From contig JBLDXI010000013.1 in assembly GCA_047495785.1 (NCBI GenBank), positions 930,001-994,000 on the forward strand: a stretch of 64,000 nucleotides of DNA, in the 5' to 3' direction. Each line of letters starts with the position of its first letter. The first letter of the stretch is position 1. Origin of the DNA: Lepidodermella squamata (Eukaryota > Animalia > Gastrotricha). Both the position numbers and the translations under genes were made by a program. Below, piece after piece: positions 24,302-36,200 of this stretch. The notes under the pieces are model-generated. The model was not told the origin of the DNA and did no database searches. It saw nothing but the letters and a program-made list of their open reading frames with translations.

Positions 24302-27281
24302 TCAAAATCGCCGGCTGCTCGATCGAGGCGGGCCGAGGGCACTAGCCGGGCTGCTTAAAGGCTCCAACCGCGATGGTGGCTTCGAAACTCGCATTTCGGC
24401 AAGCTGCTGAGTCGCTCGCGCTTCTTGGAGAATCGCCTCGCGACGTCGACTTTGCTTCCACTTTTCAGAGTAAGAATCGGAGTTGGCAATTCTTTCCTCT
24501 AAATGCTAGGATCAAGCGAAAATATAAACCCAAATTATATCAAAGAAAGATGAACTAACCCGTCGATAGTCATCATCCTTTGGATCATAATCATCATTCA
24601 GCGGAACGGGCCCCCTCGATTCGCTGTGAACACCTGGCAGCCCAACAATCGAAGAAGGACCCGGCGTAAACCCTCCCGCCGGATTGTAAGCTTCAGCTGG
24701 GCTTTGAGGACCTGCACCTGCACCGGGCAGAGACACGGCTGGTAGCAGCCAACTTTGGTCTTCTTCATTCCATTTTGCCTGCGATCGGATCTGAAATTGT
24801 AAAATAACCATGACAAATGCATTTTTTGGCACTTTTTGACCGAGCTTACCTTATCCGTGTTGTAATAATTACAGTCTCGTCGAATAAGTGGTTGCATTTT
24901 AGTGACTAGAGCATTTAAATATTTAATCTCGCGCTCATGCTTCCGAATTGTATCCAGATAATCAGCCCGTTCGGTTTGAAACTCAGATTGTATGTCGTTA
25001 ATTTCTCGTACTAGGGATTCGACATTTTGTTTCTCTTTCGCAGTTTGCTTCGCGTTGGCCTTTATCTCGTCGTGAAGATCTTCGTAAATTGAAACCATTA
25101 TGTCTTCGTCGGTAGCGTTCGCAAGGGCCTCAGCGACCTTGCGTCGCCTATCTTCAGCAGCTTTCCGCTTCTTTTCGTGTTTTGCCCTCAGCTCAGAGTT
25201 TTGTGTCGACTCGCCTCCGACCATTTTGCCCTGCAAAGCTTGTAAACGTTGCAAGGCGATTTCTCGCTCACGTTGCAAGTCACTGTGAAATAAATATAAG
25301 AAAAATGCATAATTTCGGAAGTGCAACTTACTCATCAGTTATTGTGTCTCCCAATACGTCACCCGCTGTTGTTGCCCCAACAGGAGTGGCGTTATTAGCT
25401 GCTACGGCAGCCGATGGCTTGACTCCTTTCCCTCCAGGAATGGCTACAGACTGCAGGTGAACGGCGACTTGAGATGCGTTCATTTTCAAGGGCTTTCCGC
25501 CTATTCCGTCAGATGTAACACCTGTCGCACTGCCGTATCCGGGTGCTAGAGGGTCGGTTTGGATATCTGTCGAAGTCGTAGCAGCAGTTCTTCGACGAGG
25601 AGGAGCAACAGCAGGCGTCATTCCTATGAAATTCCCCTCCTCGTCCAAAATAGGTTGCGGCTGCGCCGCCTGAGAAGACTCCGTGCCATCATCTGATCCA
25701 GCTCCATCATAGCCATAGCCTCCTTCATCGTTTTGAATTGCCGTTGTAGGGTCAGTATTTCTTAGCCGCATTATTTCTTTTTCAAGCCGATCTCTCGATG
25801 AGCGTTCCTCTTCCCACATCCTCTGCATTTCAGCCAACTTCCCTTCAAGTTCTTGCACTTTTCCCGTCGATTCACCTTGCTCAGGAGCGTAGTCTACGGA
25901 ACGGCCTTCTAGCAAGGCTTTCAGCTTCGCGACCTCTTCCTGATACTCTCTGAGAAGAGCGTCTTTCGGATCTGACGGAACACGAATTCAAATGTTGGTA
26001 TTTGTATACAAGACAATTCAATTTTCAACATACCTTCGTTAATTTTCGGCTTGTTCTTGATGTTTTTCGCTCTGTTCGCATACCGAAGTGTGGATAGTGT
26101 TTCATCGTAGTTATTGTCAGCGGGCGAAATAGCTATCGATAGGTAAAAGATGCAAAGATGTTATTAAGAAGTAATGCAAAGCATTTACAATATTACCTGC
26201 AATCATTAACGTTTTTGTATTGCCACCAAGAGAATCTTGTAACAGGCGCGTAAGCTTTGAGTCACGATAGGGAATGTGCTTGCTCTTTCCGTCAACAAGC
26301 GCACTTATTACATTGCCAAGTGCACTAAGGGACAGGTTAATCTTGGTTGCTTCTTTCAAACGATCACCAGTGGCACCGGTCTTCGACTGGCGCTCGCTAC
26401 CAGCCAAATCGACAAGGTTCAATTTACCAACTCGAAGATGCTCCTCGCCTGAGTCGTCTTTATCAACCGCTTCCACTTGACAAGTGAAAACACTATGCGA
26501 TCTCGACGAATCGGCGTTCATCAGTGTAGCGCCAGTATGACGATTATACGCCCCTGTGATAGCAAAACACGTAAGAGAAACAGTAAGACATCTCTACTGG
26601 ATTACCTTTTTCCAGCCACTTTTCACATTCTTCATAGCTAGTCACAGTATGCAACGACAATCCAGCGACAAAGACGCCTTTTTCGGGATGCTCTTTCATC
26701 TCGAGCTTCTTGTTACTGTCCTTTCCCAAGAGATCGCGAATCTCTTCATTGTAAATCTCCAAGTAAGAAATAGCTACTAAAAATTTCTTGTCAGTTGCCA
26801 GTGATGTCGTCTCGAAGATGTGTTCGAATGCCCTATCGTTCATAGAGCGTCAGAAAGATTACTAAATTAAATTATAAACACTAACCGAGGAATAATGCCA
26901 CGCTGTGTGGGAGGATCAGGTATACCCTGCATTGTGAAGCTCTTACCGCAACCAGTTTGACCTAAAAAGAAATAATTTAATCATCCGAATTTCAAATTCA
27001 CTACAATTCTTACCATAAGCAAATACAGTTCCGTTGTAACCCTCGGTGACGCTCTCCACCAGCGAATATGCCACGTCATTATACACGTTTTCTGTGATTG
27101 AGTCAGGCCCGTAAACGCCATCAAATGTGAACTGCTTAGGAGGGGTTTTAGGTTCAGCAGGATTTGTTAAAATGCACTGCATTCCAGCCGAATTCATCTC
27201 CACGACGCAACCACAGTTGAGGTCTTTCTCACGTCGATTCATAGGTCGACAGCGGACGATTACTTTAACACACTCCCCCAT
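24302..27281 (-). CDS. KIF17: Homodimeric kinesin-2 KIF17/OSM-3-like, ~844 aa. Exons: 27281-27014, 26961-26886, 26832-26606, 26553-26197, 26132-26034, 25971-25332, 25282-24850, 24790-24560, 24505-24302.
   Basis: [13 protein letters not shown] start; P-loop AYG|[12 protein letters not shown]; NADSSRSH; LVDLAGSER; [19 protein letters not shown]|DPKD. Tail has the KIF17-type [21 protein letters not shown]...RRDCNYYN and RLEPL. Every intron is GT-AG with matching phase. Confidence 0.92.
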
Positions 27282-30251
27282 CGTGCCTAAATCTTTAATT
27301 TCTAGCAAAAATAATTAACAAAATAGACTCAAATACTATCAAAGAGATCAGAAGTGCAAGTTTTCTTGGAGCGTTCAACTGTACACCGATACATTTAACA
27401 CGCAAGAGGCAACGACTCCAACGATACTTCATCAAGTCTACAACGGTCAGCGAATTCTCAAGAGCACAAAAGGCCTGCCGGAATCGTTAGATCTCAACAT
27501 TTTAGCCGTTGCAGTTGACAGTTGGCGCTATTGCAAGCAATTATTCGAGGCTCTCATCTCCATCGTTGATCCATGTAAGATTGATGGATTGAGCTCCAGA
27601 TCTACAACCTCTAGAAAGCTCCTCCACGACTATGCGCGGGCTACAAGCGTCGCCAAGGAAAAAATTTACGCTTTCACCTTTTTAAAATTTTCTTAGTTAA
27701 ATAGTACTATTTATATTTTATTTGAGTATATGCAAAATTGAATCAATTATAGCGCGAAATTCGAATTTTTTTCGATTTGATTTGGAGATCGATAATCAGG
27801 CACTTTCTGAAGCTTTGTTTATATGTTATGTGACATGGGTTAAAATGCATCTGAAGCAAGTAGCATGGGGATAAGGCGCTGCCAATGATAGGAAGGTTTA
27901 ACACAAAAGCTCGCAGCGTTGTTGTGGCGGAAAAAGTCAATAGAAATAATATGATAATAACAATACTGACTGATACCTCAATTAAAGTCCGGCATTGATC
28001 AAATACCCGATCGTCATTACTGATGCTGCAACCAAATACGCCTGCCTTCGTAAGACATATTTCTCAGAGTAATGCGCTTAGCAAAGAAGGAACATCGAAA
28101 TGATCGTCATAGGAGTATGTTTTGTTTCGTAGTTAACGAACAACTTTAATGGTTGTGAACAAAGCCTAAATCACTTTTGACTGTTTATGTTGATGGTTTA
28201 ACTAGTTGATTTTCCCATAATTCACATGATCGCACCAGTTAAATCTGAGGTCTGCAATATATATTCAAATATCCAGGTGGTTAATTGAGAAAAAATAGCT
28301 TCCGGAATCGCCGTTAAACAGTTCCATATTCGAAAATCCTATGTCAACGCCTGCGAGTTGCTTGGCTCAAGTCTCTCATCCAACAAGAAACGCATTGAGG
28401 ACTATATTTCTTCCCAGGTATCTCTTCCGATTAGGCTAGATAAAAATGCAGGGGTCAATGTTATACACGAGGTAACAACTTGGGCAAACCCTGGTATAAC
28501 AAGGCTGCCTCTTTTGGTTTCATTTCAGCCATCGAATACACTGACAGTTACCTACGCTTTTTCGGAAAATCTTGGCAAAAAGACAATTAACGCGGAGCTG
28601 AAACTAATATCCAAACAGCTGAAACATCAAACGTAGTTTCATGAACAATTTGCCGTCTTAGGTGTCGCGTTATCTTGATAATCTTCTGTCATTTCAAGTG
28701 AAATCCCGGTGAACCACTTCTACGGTGTCAAAGCTGTCTCTTTGCTCTATCTTACGACATCGTTGCTGGTTGGCAAACATCGAGCCATAATTGAGCTTTG
28801 CCCGTTCACTGATTCCGGTGTTATTCAGCGTATCGAAAAGGCGAAGATGTTAATGGCTATCGGTCAAACACGTTTTGTGATATAGTATTGTATCTACGAC
28901 TAGCAAACGTGTGTGATGTGGCGCAAGAACCAATAATGTTGACAATTATCAGCTCGCATCTCTTGACAGTTTTCATTACCGAGGGGGACTGTAAGCAGCG
29001 CGGCGGATGTTCCCATACAACAAAGCAAGTTACATGTTCGTGTTAGAGCACGGTACCAAACTATATGTTGACAGTTTCTGCGCGTAAGCAAACTGTATGC
29101 TGCATCTTTGATGATTGCATTATCAAATTGGTAATAGGACCGTGAATGTCTCTTCGTGCGTTGAATCACCCGAAGCCGCGCGCGGTGCCAAGAAAGGCCG
29201 GGTACATAAAACTAACACACCCCGGTTTGTGACAAGGTACACAGCCACAACGCACGTCAGGGGATTGCCTTTTCTCTGTTGCGGGCATCCGATTGTTGAC
29301 GATTGAGATTCTAAGCCGGCGACGTCCACAGAGGCAAACAAACCCCGCTGCTTTATAGTGGTTATATCCCGTTTGCTTATGTTGTCGCACCCTCTTCACG
29401 GGACTACCCATATAGTGCTTTTGCCTTGACGTCATACTGCCGGGTGCCTTTAATTTCGTTATATTATTACAGCTATTACTATCCAAAGAACCGGATTTTA
29501 TGTAATAATATAAACACAGCAGCCGAAATGGACCTGTAAAACCCGGTTGGCGTCTTTGAGGTGGGTACGCCTTCTATTATCACAGGTAGATTGCTCGAGC
29601 AATGGCGGCCAATGGCTGGTATCCGTAGATCAACAATAGCTGTAAACGCTGTTCGGCCGCGGAAAGAGCAACTTTCCCTTCCCGAGAGCATTTTTACTAA
29701 AGACCCGACGCCCACTTACTCACAACACAAAGCAAGCTAAACAGCGCTTCACCTCCGAAAATACTGTCTCATATACAATCACACGATATTATGCGTTTAT
29801 TTATTGCAAATATTTCCACCACCAAAGGTATCATCTTTGTTCTGTTTTTATAATGACGGTTTGGTTGCAGCAACAATGACGACAAGCGTCCGCCATGACT
29901 AGGAAGTGCGCGGAGAGTGCGAAGCCGAGCGTGGCTAAAAAGTGCGCGCCCACTGTGGTAGAATTGCGGTGTCATACCCTCAACACGCGTCGTTTCTGTT
30001 GCGACTTACATCGCGTTTGGTTGTTATGTAACGCATGTAGCCACGCTGATATGGTATTTTGCTACTTAGAAAGGCTGACCGTCGCCGCAAAATGTATCAA
30101 GCGACACGACGCTAATGATTTACCGGTGCATGCAAACTCAACTCTAATTATTGTTTCCTTCTCCTGTTTAGAAATTGCCGAACTAATATATTTGGATGGG
30201 CTAAAAATATGGCCAACTAATACTTGAAAATAATTCCGTTTTCCTCGAAAA

Positions 30252-33200
30252 ATGGCAAAAAGCCAATTCTGGATTCTATTATGGAAAAATCTACTTCAGC
30301 GATGGCGGCAGCCTGTAATTTTGGTTTTTGAAATCCTTTGGCCGCTATGCTTATTGGCCCTTTTGTTAATCATTCGCCATGCTTCCCCACCAGAATTTCA
30401 GCCGGAATGTACGTTTATAATTAGCTTAATGATCGCGTAATAAATTTTCCGATAACAGGTCGCTACCGGCAACGTTTACTACCTAGCTCAGGGGTTATGC
30501 CATTCTTGCAGTCATTTATCTGCAATTTACAAAACGATTGCGAACTCGGCGACGATCGGCCTCGCCCGGGTGCGTCGGCGAATTTCACTCAAAACTACGA
30601 TGGTTCCAAGGTTGCCGATCTTTTCGTTGATCTCAACAAATGGGCAGCTGGAGAGAGGGGCGCGAGGGCCCTGAAAGTATTGCCAAAAGGCCTCAAAATT
30701 CTCTACGCTGTCAACAACGAACTGAGCCGGCCGGAAATTCAGCTCGTGCTAAACTCCGGTCTCAACGTCGGCAGTTTTCTTGTCGATCAAGATAAGTTCA
30801 TAAAACTGGTTTCAGACGAGTACAAGTACATGAGCCGGCCAAGCCTGGAGAAGCTGCTGAACAGCACGCTGTCGATCACTGAGCTTTACGGCCTTTCAGA
30901 ACTAACATCACTAAGGACTCTGCTCTGCGATCCGACGAAAATGGCTCATATTTTAGTACTACCGGACGCGCTGACCACCTCGCCAGATGCGCTGAAAAAA
31001 GCCAATGAGAATCGACAAGTCGTCACCCTGATATCCGACGAGCTGTGCCACCTTACCGACGAGCAAATGTCGCATCTAGCGATGTTGGTCCAAGAGCAAT
31101 TGAATATTAGTTCACTACTGCGCAAAGCGGCGTCTTTCGCGTTAGCTGTAAACGAGATTGATACTGCGAAAATGTTGAATAATTTCGCTGATATGGTATC
31201 CGTTGTGTCGGTTGTACCAGGGCTTGATTCAGCTCAGAACGCTCTAAATAAATCGATGACCGTGGCGCAATGGCTTGCGGATACTAAGCCGTTATGGTCA
31301 ACTGCGTCTGACGAAAAGCGTCGCGAGGCCGTTCAAAAGCTGGACAAGGTCCTGAAACAGGTCGAACCCTTCATACACCAATTAGCTGGCGGTGCAAATG
31401 TGCCGTCGTGGAAAGGTTTCCGCCAGTCAATGGCAACTCTCGCGGGTTTTTTCAAACTTTTCGATATGTTGATGACAACGCCGATGGATATCGACGGAGC
31501 TAATTTTGCCAACTTTTTCACGAATGCCGACGAATTCGGGCTACAGGTGGCGGAAACTTTGAAGCCATACGAGCTTGGCAGCCCTGAGAACGTCTCAGCC
31601 ATTCTAAATAGCAAGCTTAGATTCGACAAGGTGAGCATAATTTTTCATAATTTCCAAGTATGCAATCTGTTTTTTAGTTTGCGGCAGTTTTGGCGCGGGT
31701 AGAAAACGGAACAGCGGCAAAGCGACTTCTTTGCGAATACCCAGGTCTGATGGAGCTATTCCGCTTCCCAGACTGGTTCGTCGCTAGCTATCAGATGCAG
31801 GTGCAAAACATAGTATGCACGATGCCTGGCGATAGTTTTCGCCTCGACTTCATCCGTAAAATAAACACGAATAAGGTCGTTGACGAGTACGTCAAAGTTT
31901 CGAAGCGCAGCATTCGCGCGTTGCCCGATGGAAGCTTTGTCTCGGTCGACCAGGGTATTCGAAGAGCAACCCGCGAACTTCGGGACATTGCGAAGAACGT
32001 CGACGATCTGCTTGATGTTTACGAGCAGGTGCAGCCAGCTCAGCTATACCAAAGTCTGATGGGGGTAGTTCGGGGCGAAGTTGCCGAAAATATCGACCCG
32101 CTGCTTCTAACGGGCGCAACGGTTTTCCAGTTCTTCCTCGAACGACTGCCAGATATGTGGGGACTGTTCAAAGGTCCGATCGCTATGACCGATGTTGCGT
32201 TGGAATTTCTCGAACACATTCTGTACACACCGTCACTAAGTGATGACTACGCCGCGTATCGGCTCATGTCCAGCCCTGAAGGTCGATCGGTTGGTCAGCT
32301 GATCATTTCGGAAGGCGCCCCAGCTCTGAGCGCCTTTCTCGAAACTTTGCGTAAGGACAACAGCTTTCAACTAGTCTACAAGCACCCGGTAGCTTTGGCC
32401 GAGTATGCTTGCGATAAAAATTACCTTCGCAACGCTATTAATATGGATACTAACCGCCATTCTTTGTCTCAAATCATGGACGAAATTTGCACGGAGCAGT
32501 TCAAGCTGTTGCTTCTACGGCTACGTCGTGATGCAGTAACAGATCTCAATTTCGGCCGCATTTCATCAGCAGCCAGCGAGATGGCAAGGGCATTTAAAAC
32601 CTACCCAGTCCTGGAACCTGCCGTCGAAAATCGAGCTAATGTCTCCTCGGTTCTAACACGGCTCAGTCGAATTATTGGCTATTCCGAACACCCGCTGTTT
32701 AACGAAGATAAACTCGATAGTATCGTTGATTCTTTCCGATATGAATCACTTTCCGACCGTCGAGTTGCTTGGGAAGGCTGGTCGAATTTGAAGAAGCTGA
32801 TGAAAAAACGGTGGACTATTGAGCAATTTGTGCGATCATCCGACTGGCTCGGTCCGTTGTTGGAACAATTGCCGAATTGGAACCAACTGCGACCCGGTTT
32901 CGAGTTGACGCGACTCGTAGCCAAGAGAATGAATGACATTTTGTGGTTCTCAAACACGATTTTCCACTACAGCGCGACTATGGTTGAAGCTGCTTTGGGC
33001 AACTTCGAAACCTTCGACGAGTACCTGAAAGCTGTGGGCGCGCCTTTGGATGGAGTCCAACACAAATTGTCGATCGGGACAAGTCGATATTTATCGAAGA
33101 TGCTGTTCTACGTCGTCAAGTACTCACCCGCCATAGTAAAAGGCACCCTCGAAGCGGCGACTGATCCTTCCAAGTTGCTCCAATTATCGCTAACCATGAT

Positions 33201-36200
33201 GCGGGATCCAAGTTCGATCTGTGCCGGTCGTTTGATCGATAACGTGTTCGGGGATCTCGACCCAAGCGTGCCCATGGACGAATTGCGCCGCTTCATTTGC
33301 TCGGACCGGTCGATGGGTTTCGTCGATGAATTGCGCGAACTATTCGATTGGACAAACTTCACGCGTAGAATCGACGAAGTAATGAAACAGCAGAATGCGA
33401 TTATTTTTAGGGAGGATGGCACACCTGAGCATATCTCTTTCGACTGGGCGGGTCTGACCGATTCTGCTCTGCAAATGTTCGAATCTGGCAATGTATTACT
33501 GACGGCTGGCGATCGGTGGGCTGACTTCATTCGAAAGGCTATGACAGGGAAGCAGAAGGTCAAGGTCTCCGTCGATTTCTTCAAGCTGATGAAACCGAAC
33601 CTCAACTTTGACAAACTTTTTACCACTGACACTATTGTGCGAATGGTGCCATTTTTCATGCAACTGTTGGACTCTGGATCGGCGCCTCATTCTCAACAGG
33701 TCTTTCGCAGAGGCTCGCAACTACTGACTGATACAATTAGCGGTGCTCTTACGAGCCACACCCCTCGGCCGATGCTAATCCAGCCTAATATGGGCAATCC
33801 TAATAAAATGGCGTCGGGCTACTACATGCCATACCAGACACCACCGCAAGCCACTTTCACCTTCGCACCGCCTTCTTTCGGCAGCGAGCGACCTATGTTG
33901 AACTCTTTGCTTGGAGGGGCGAGTCAGTTCGCATCGCCGCTAGCGAAATTGTTCTCGAACCCATCTCTATTTGACGGCTTGCCTAACATGAGGCACAAAC
34001 GATCGGCCGACAATGTGACCGAAGATATGAACGATTACACGCCTAGCATTAATGACGTTTTTCTACGCATCGATAAATTCATCTTGAACCTACCGAAAGG
34101 TGTAGCAGCGCTAGCTTCGGGTAAGGAGTGTGATTTCGGTAAGGCAATAGCCGAGTCGCTTGACATTGTCCTGCCACCTGACATGGCTCCTCATGAGAAA
34201 CTTCGCAACCGCCTTAACGACGCGCTTTGCCGCGTTGACTGGGGCGCATTCGCTACAGCCTTTGAAAATGACGTTCAATTCGGCCCGATCGCTAAAACTC
34301 TGGCGCAGTTGTCTAATTACGGTCGATACGTCCGCGGCTCGTTGCCATTTGACAACGCGAGGATGGCATCTTGGATGTCACCCATCGTCACTAATTACTC
34401 ACAAACAATTGAGTTGGTGAACAAATTTATCGAAATGTCGCTTCCAAGTCCAGCGGAGAAAACTGCGACTGACGGCAAATCCGCATTCAATTTGGCTACT
34501 TTCGAAGTTGCTTACTCCGAACTTGCGAAAATGCTTGAACTCGACATTGATGATCCGAGATTGCCTGGCCAAATTTTCTACTACGGAGCTCTTCGCGATG
34601 TCTATGACGTTCTGGAGGAGGCGAAGCTCTGGGAGCTTCCCCCTGGTACTTTCAAACAAGTCTTGCTCGATAATTTCCCCGCAGCTGACCAACGCTATAA
34701 GCGGCAAGCTTACCCACGTGATAATACCGGCGAAATTTTTCTCGGGGGTCGTGGCAATATGCCTTCTTTCGGCCTCGGGGATATTGGAAAACTGGCTAAA
34801 GCGGCAAGCGCTTTGGGTGAAATGTTCAAGGTTTCCCAAGCTGCGTCCAAAACTGGCAACGACCTAATTCCACCAAACTCGATGTGGGCTCGCGCGAAGA
34901 ACGAAAACGGAACAACTTTGCCTATTCATAAAAACAGCAATTTAAAGACTCTAGCCGAGTCATTTTACAGCTCGGGTAAAATTGGAGATGTTGCCGGTAT
35001 CTTGAACTCGGCTGACAGGTTGGAACCAGTTTTACGCGATCGCGATTTTGTATCTCAACTCGGGCGGATGACGAAACTATCTTCTTCCATCACCGATCAA
35101 CTGGGAACAGTTGTTGATACAATGTCAACTGGCCAACAGGGATCGAACAACTCATCAGAGAGGATTGAAACGACAACGCTACCAACTACGTCAACTACGC
35201 GGCCTTCTACTACAACTCGGATGGTTAAATCTGCCCCGGCTGGAAATATGATGCTTGGCGGCCTAGGTGGCATGCTGGGAATGCTTGGAGGCGGCGGAGG
35301 AGGCGGTAGCGGGGGAGCTCTCGGTGGCGCTGAAGCCATGCTAGGACTTCTGTCGACGGCCTGCAAAATGCCGGCTCTTCGAACTATGGCTGCTCGAATT
35401 CTACCAGCTGGCTTAGCCCCAGCTTTAGACTGGATCTGCGTAATGCAAGAGCTGCATCCCTCGGAAATTCGTCGACTACTATCCACTGCTCTCAGTGTTT
35501 TGCAGGCACCTCCTCCGATGCCCGAAAACAGCCAGGCGATGAATATGTTTCCTAGTTCCACTGGAGGTCTGATCGACGGCCTTTTTTCAATGCTGAACGT
35601 TCCGAAGCCTGGTCGGGAACTTGAACCTTTCCTCGGGCCAGCCACCCAGCCAACCAATGGACCGGACCCTATGAGCATTCTAGGGCCGTTCAAAGTTATC
35701 GCTGACCTGATGACTGATGTAGCTGTTAATCACCCTGGGTTTCTATGCGATGCTGTCTTAGCGCCGTTTGTTAACGTGCCGTCTTTCGCCAGTACTCGGC
35801 TCTACTTAAACTGGGTGCAAAATACGGCTCAACTGTTGTCTGACATATTTTCGAAATCTAAAACAATTCCTGACTTTATTTGCGACTTCGTTCGAGCTGA
35901 TTTCGAAAGTGTCTATGAGCGCATTCGCAATGGGACAGGAATTGTTGACGTCATAAGGAAATTATCTGAACTTCAGTCTGGAAATACTACCATGCTGTTC
36001 TCATGCGATTCGCTCATTCATTCAGTTCAGGCCGTTGTTGAAACCTCTATTTACTACTCATCTAAAAAACCGAGCTGGCCTAAAATTGTTGGCCAGTGTA
36101 GCGATGAAACGAAGAAAGCTCCATCGGCTAATGCGGTTCTGCATGCTGTCCCTCCGATTTTGGAAGAAGTCGACAGTTTGTTCCGCATTCTTTCATCAAT

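Noticed and set aside
27553-27593. Short hairpin upstream of KIF17 as a possible pre-miRNA
   Set aside because: The stem is too short and imperfect, and I recognise no miRNA seed.
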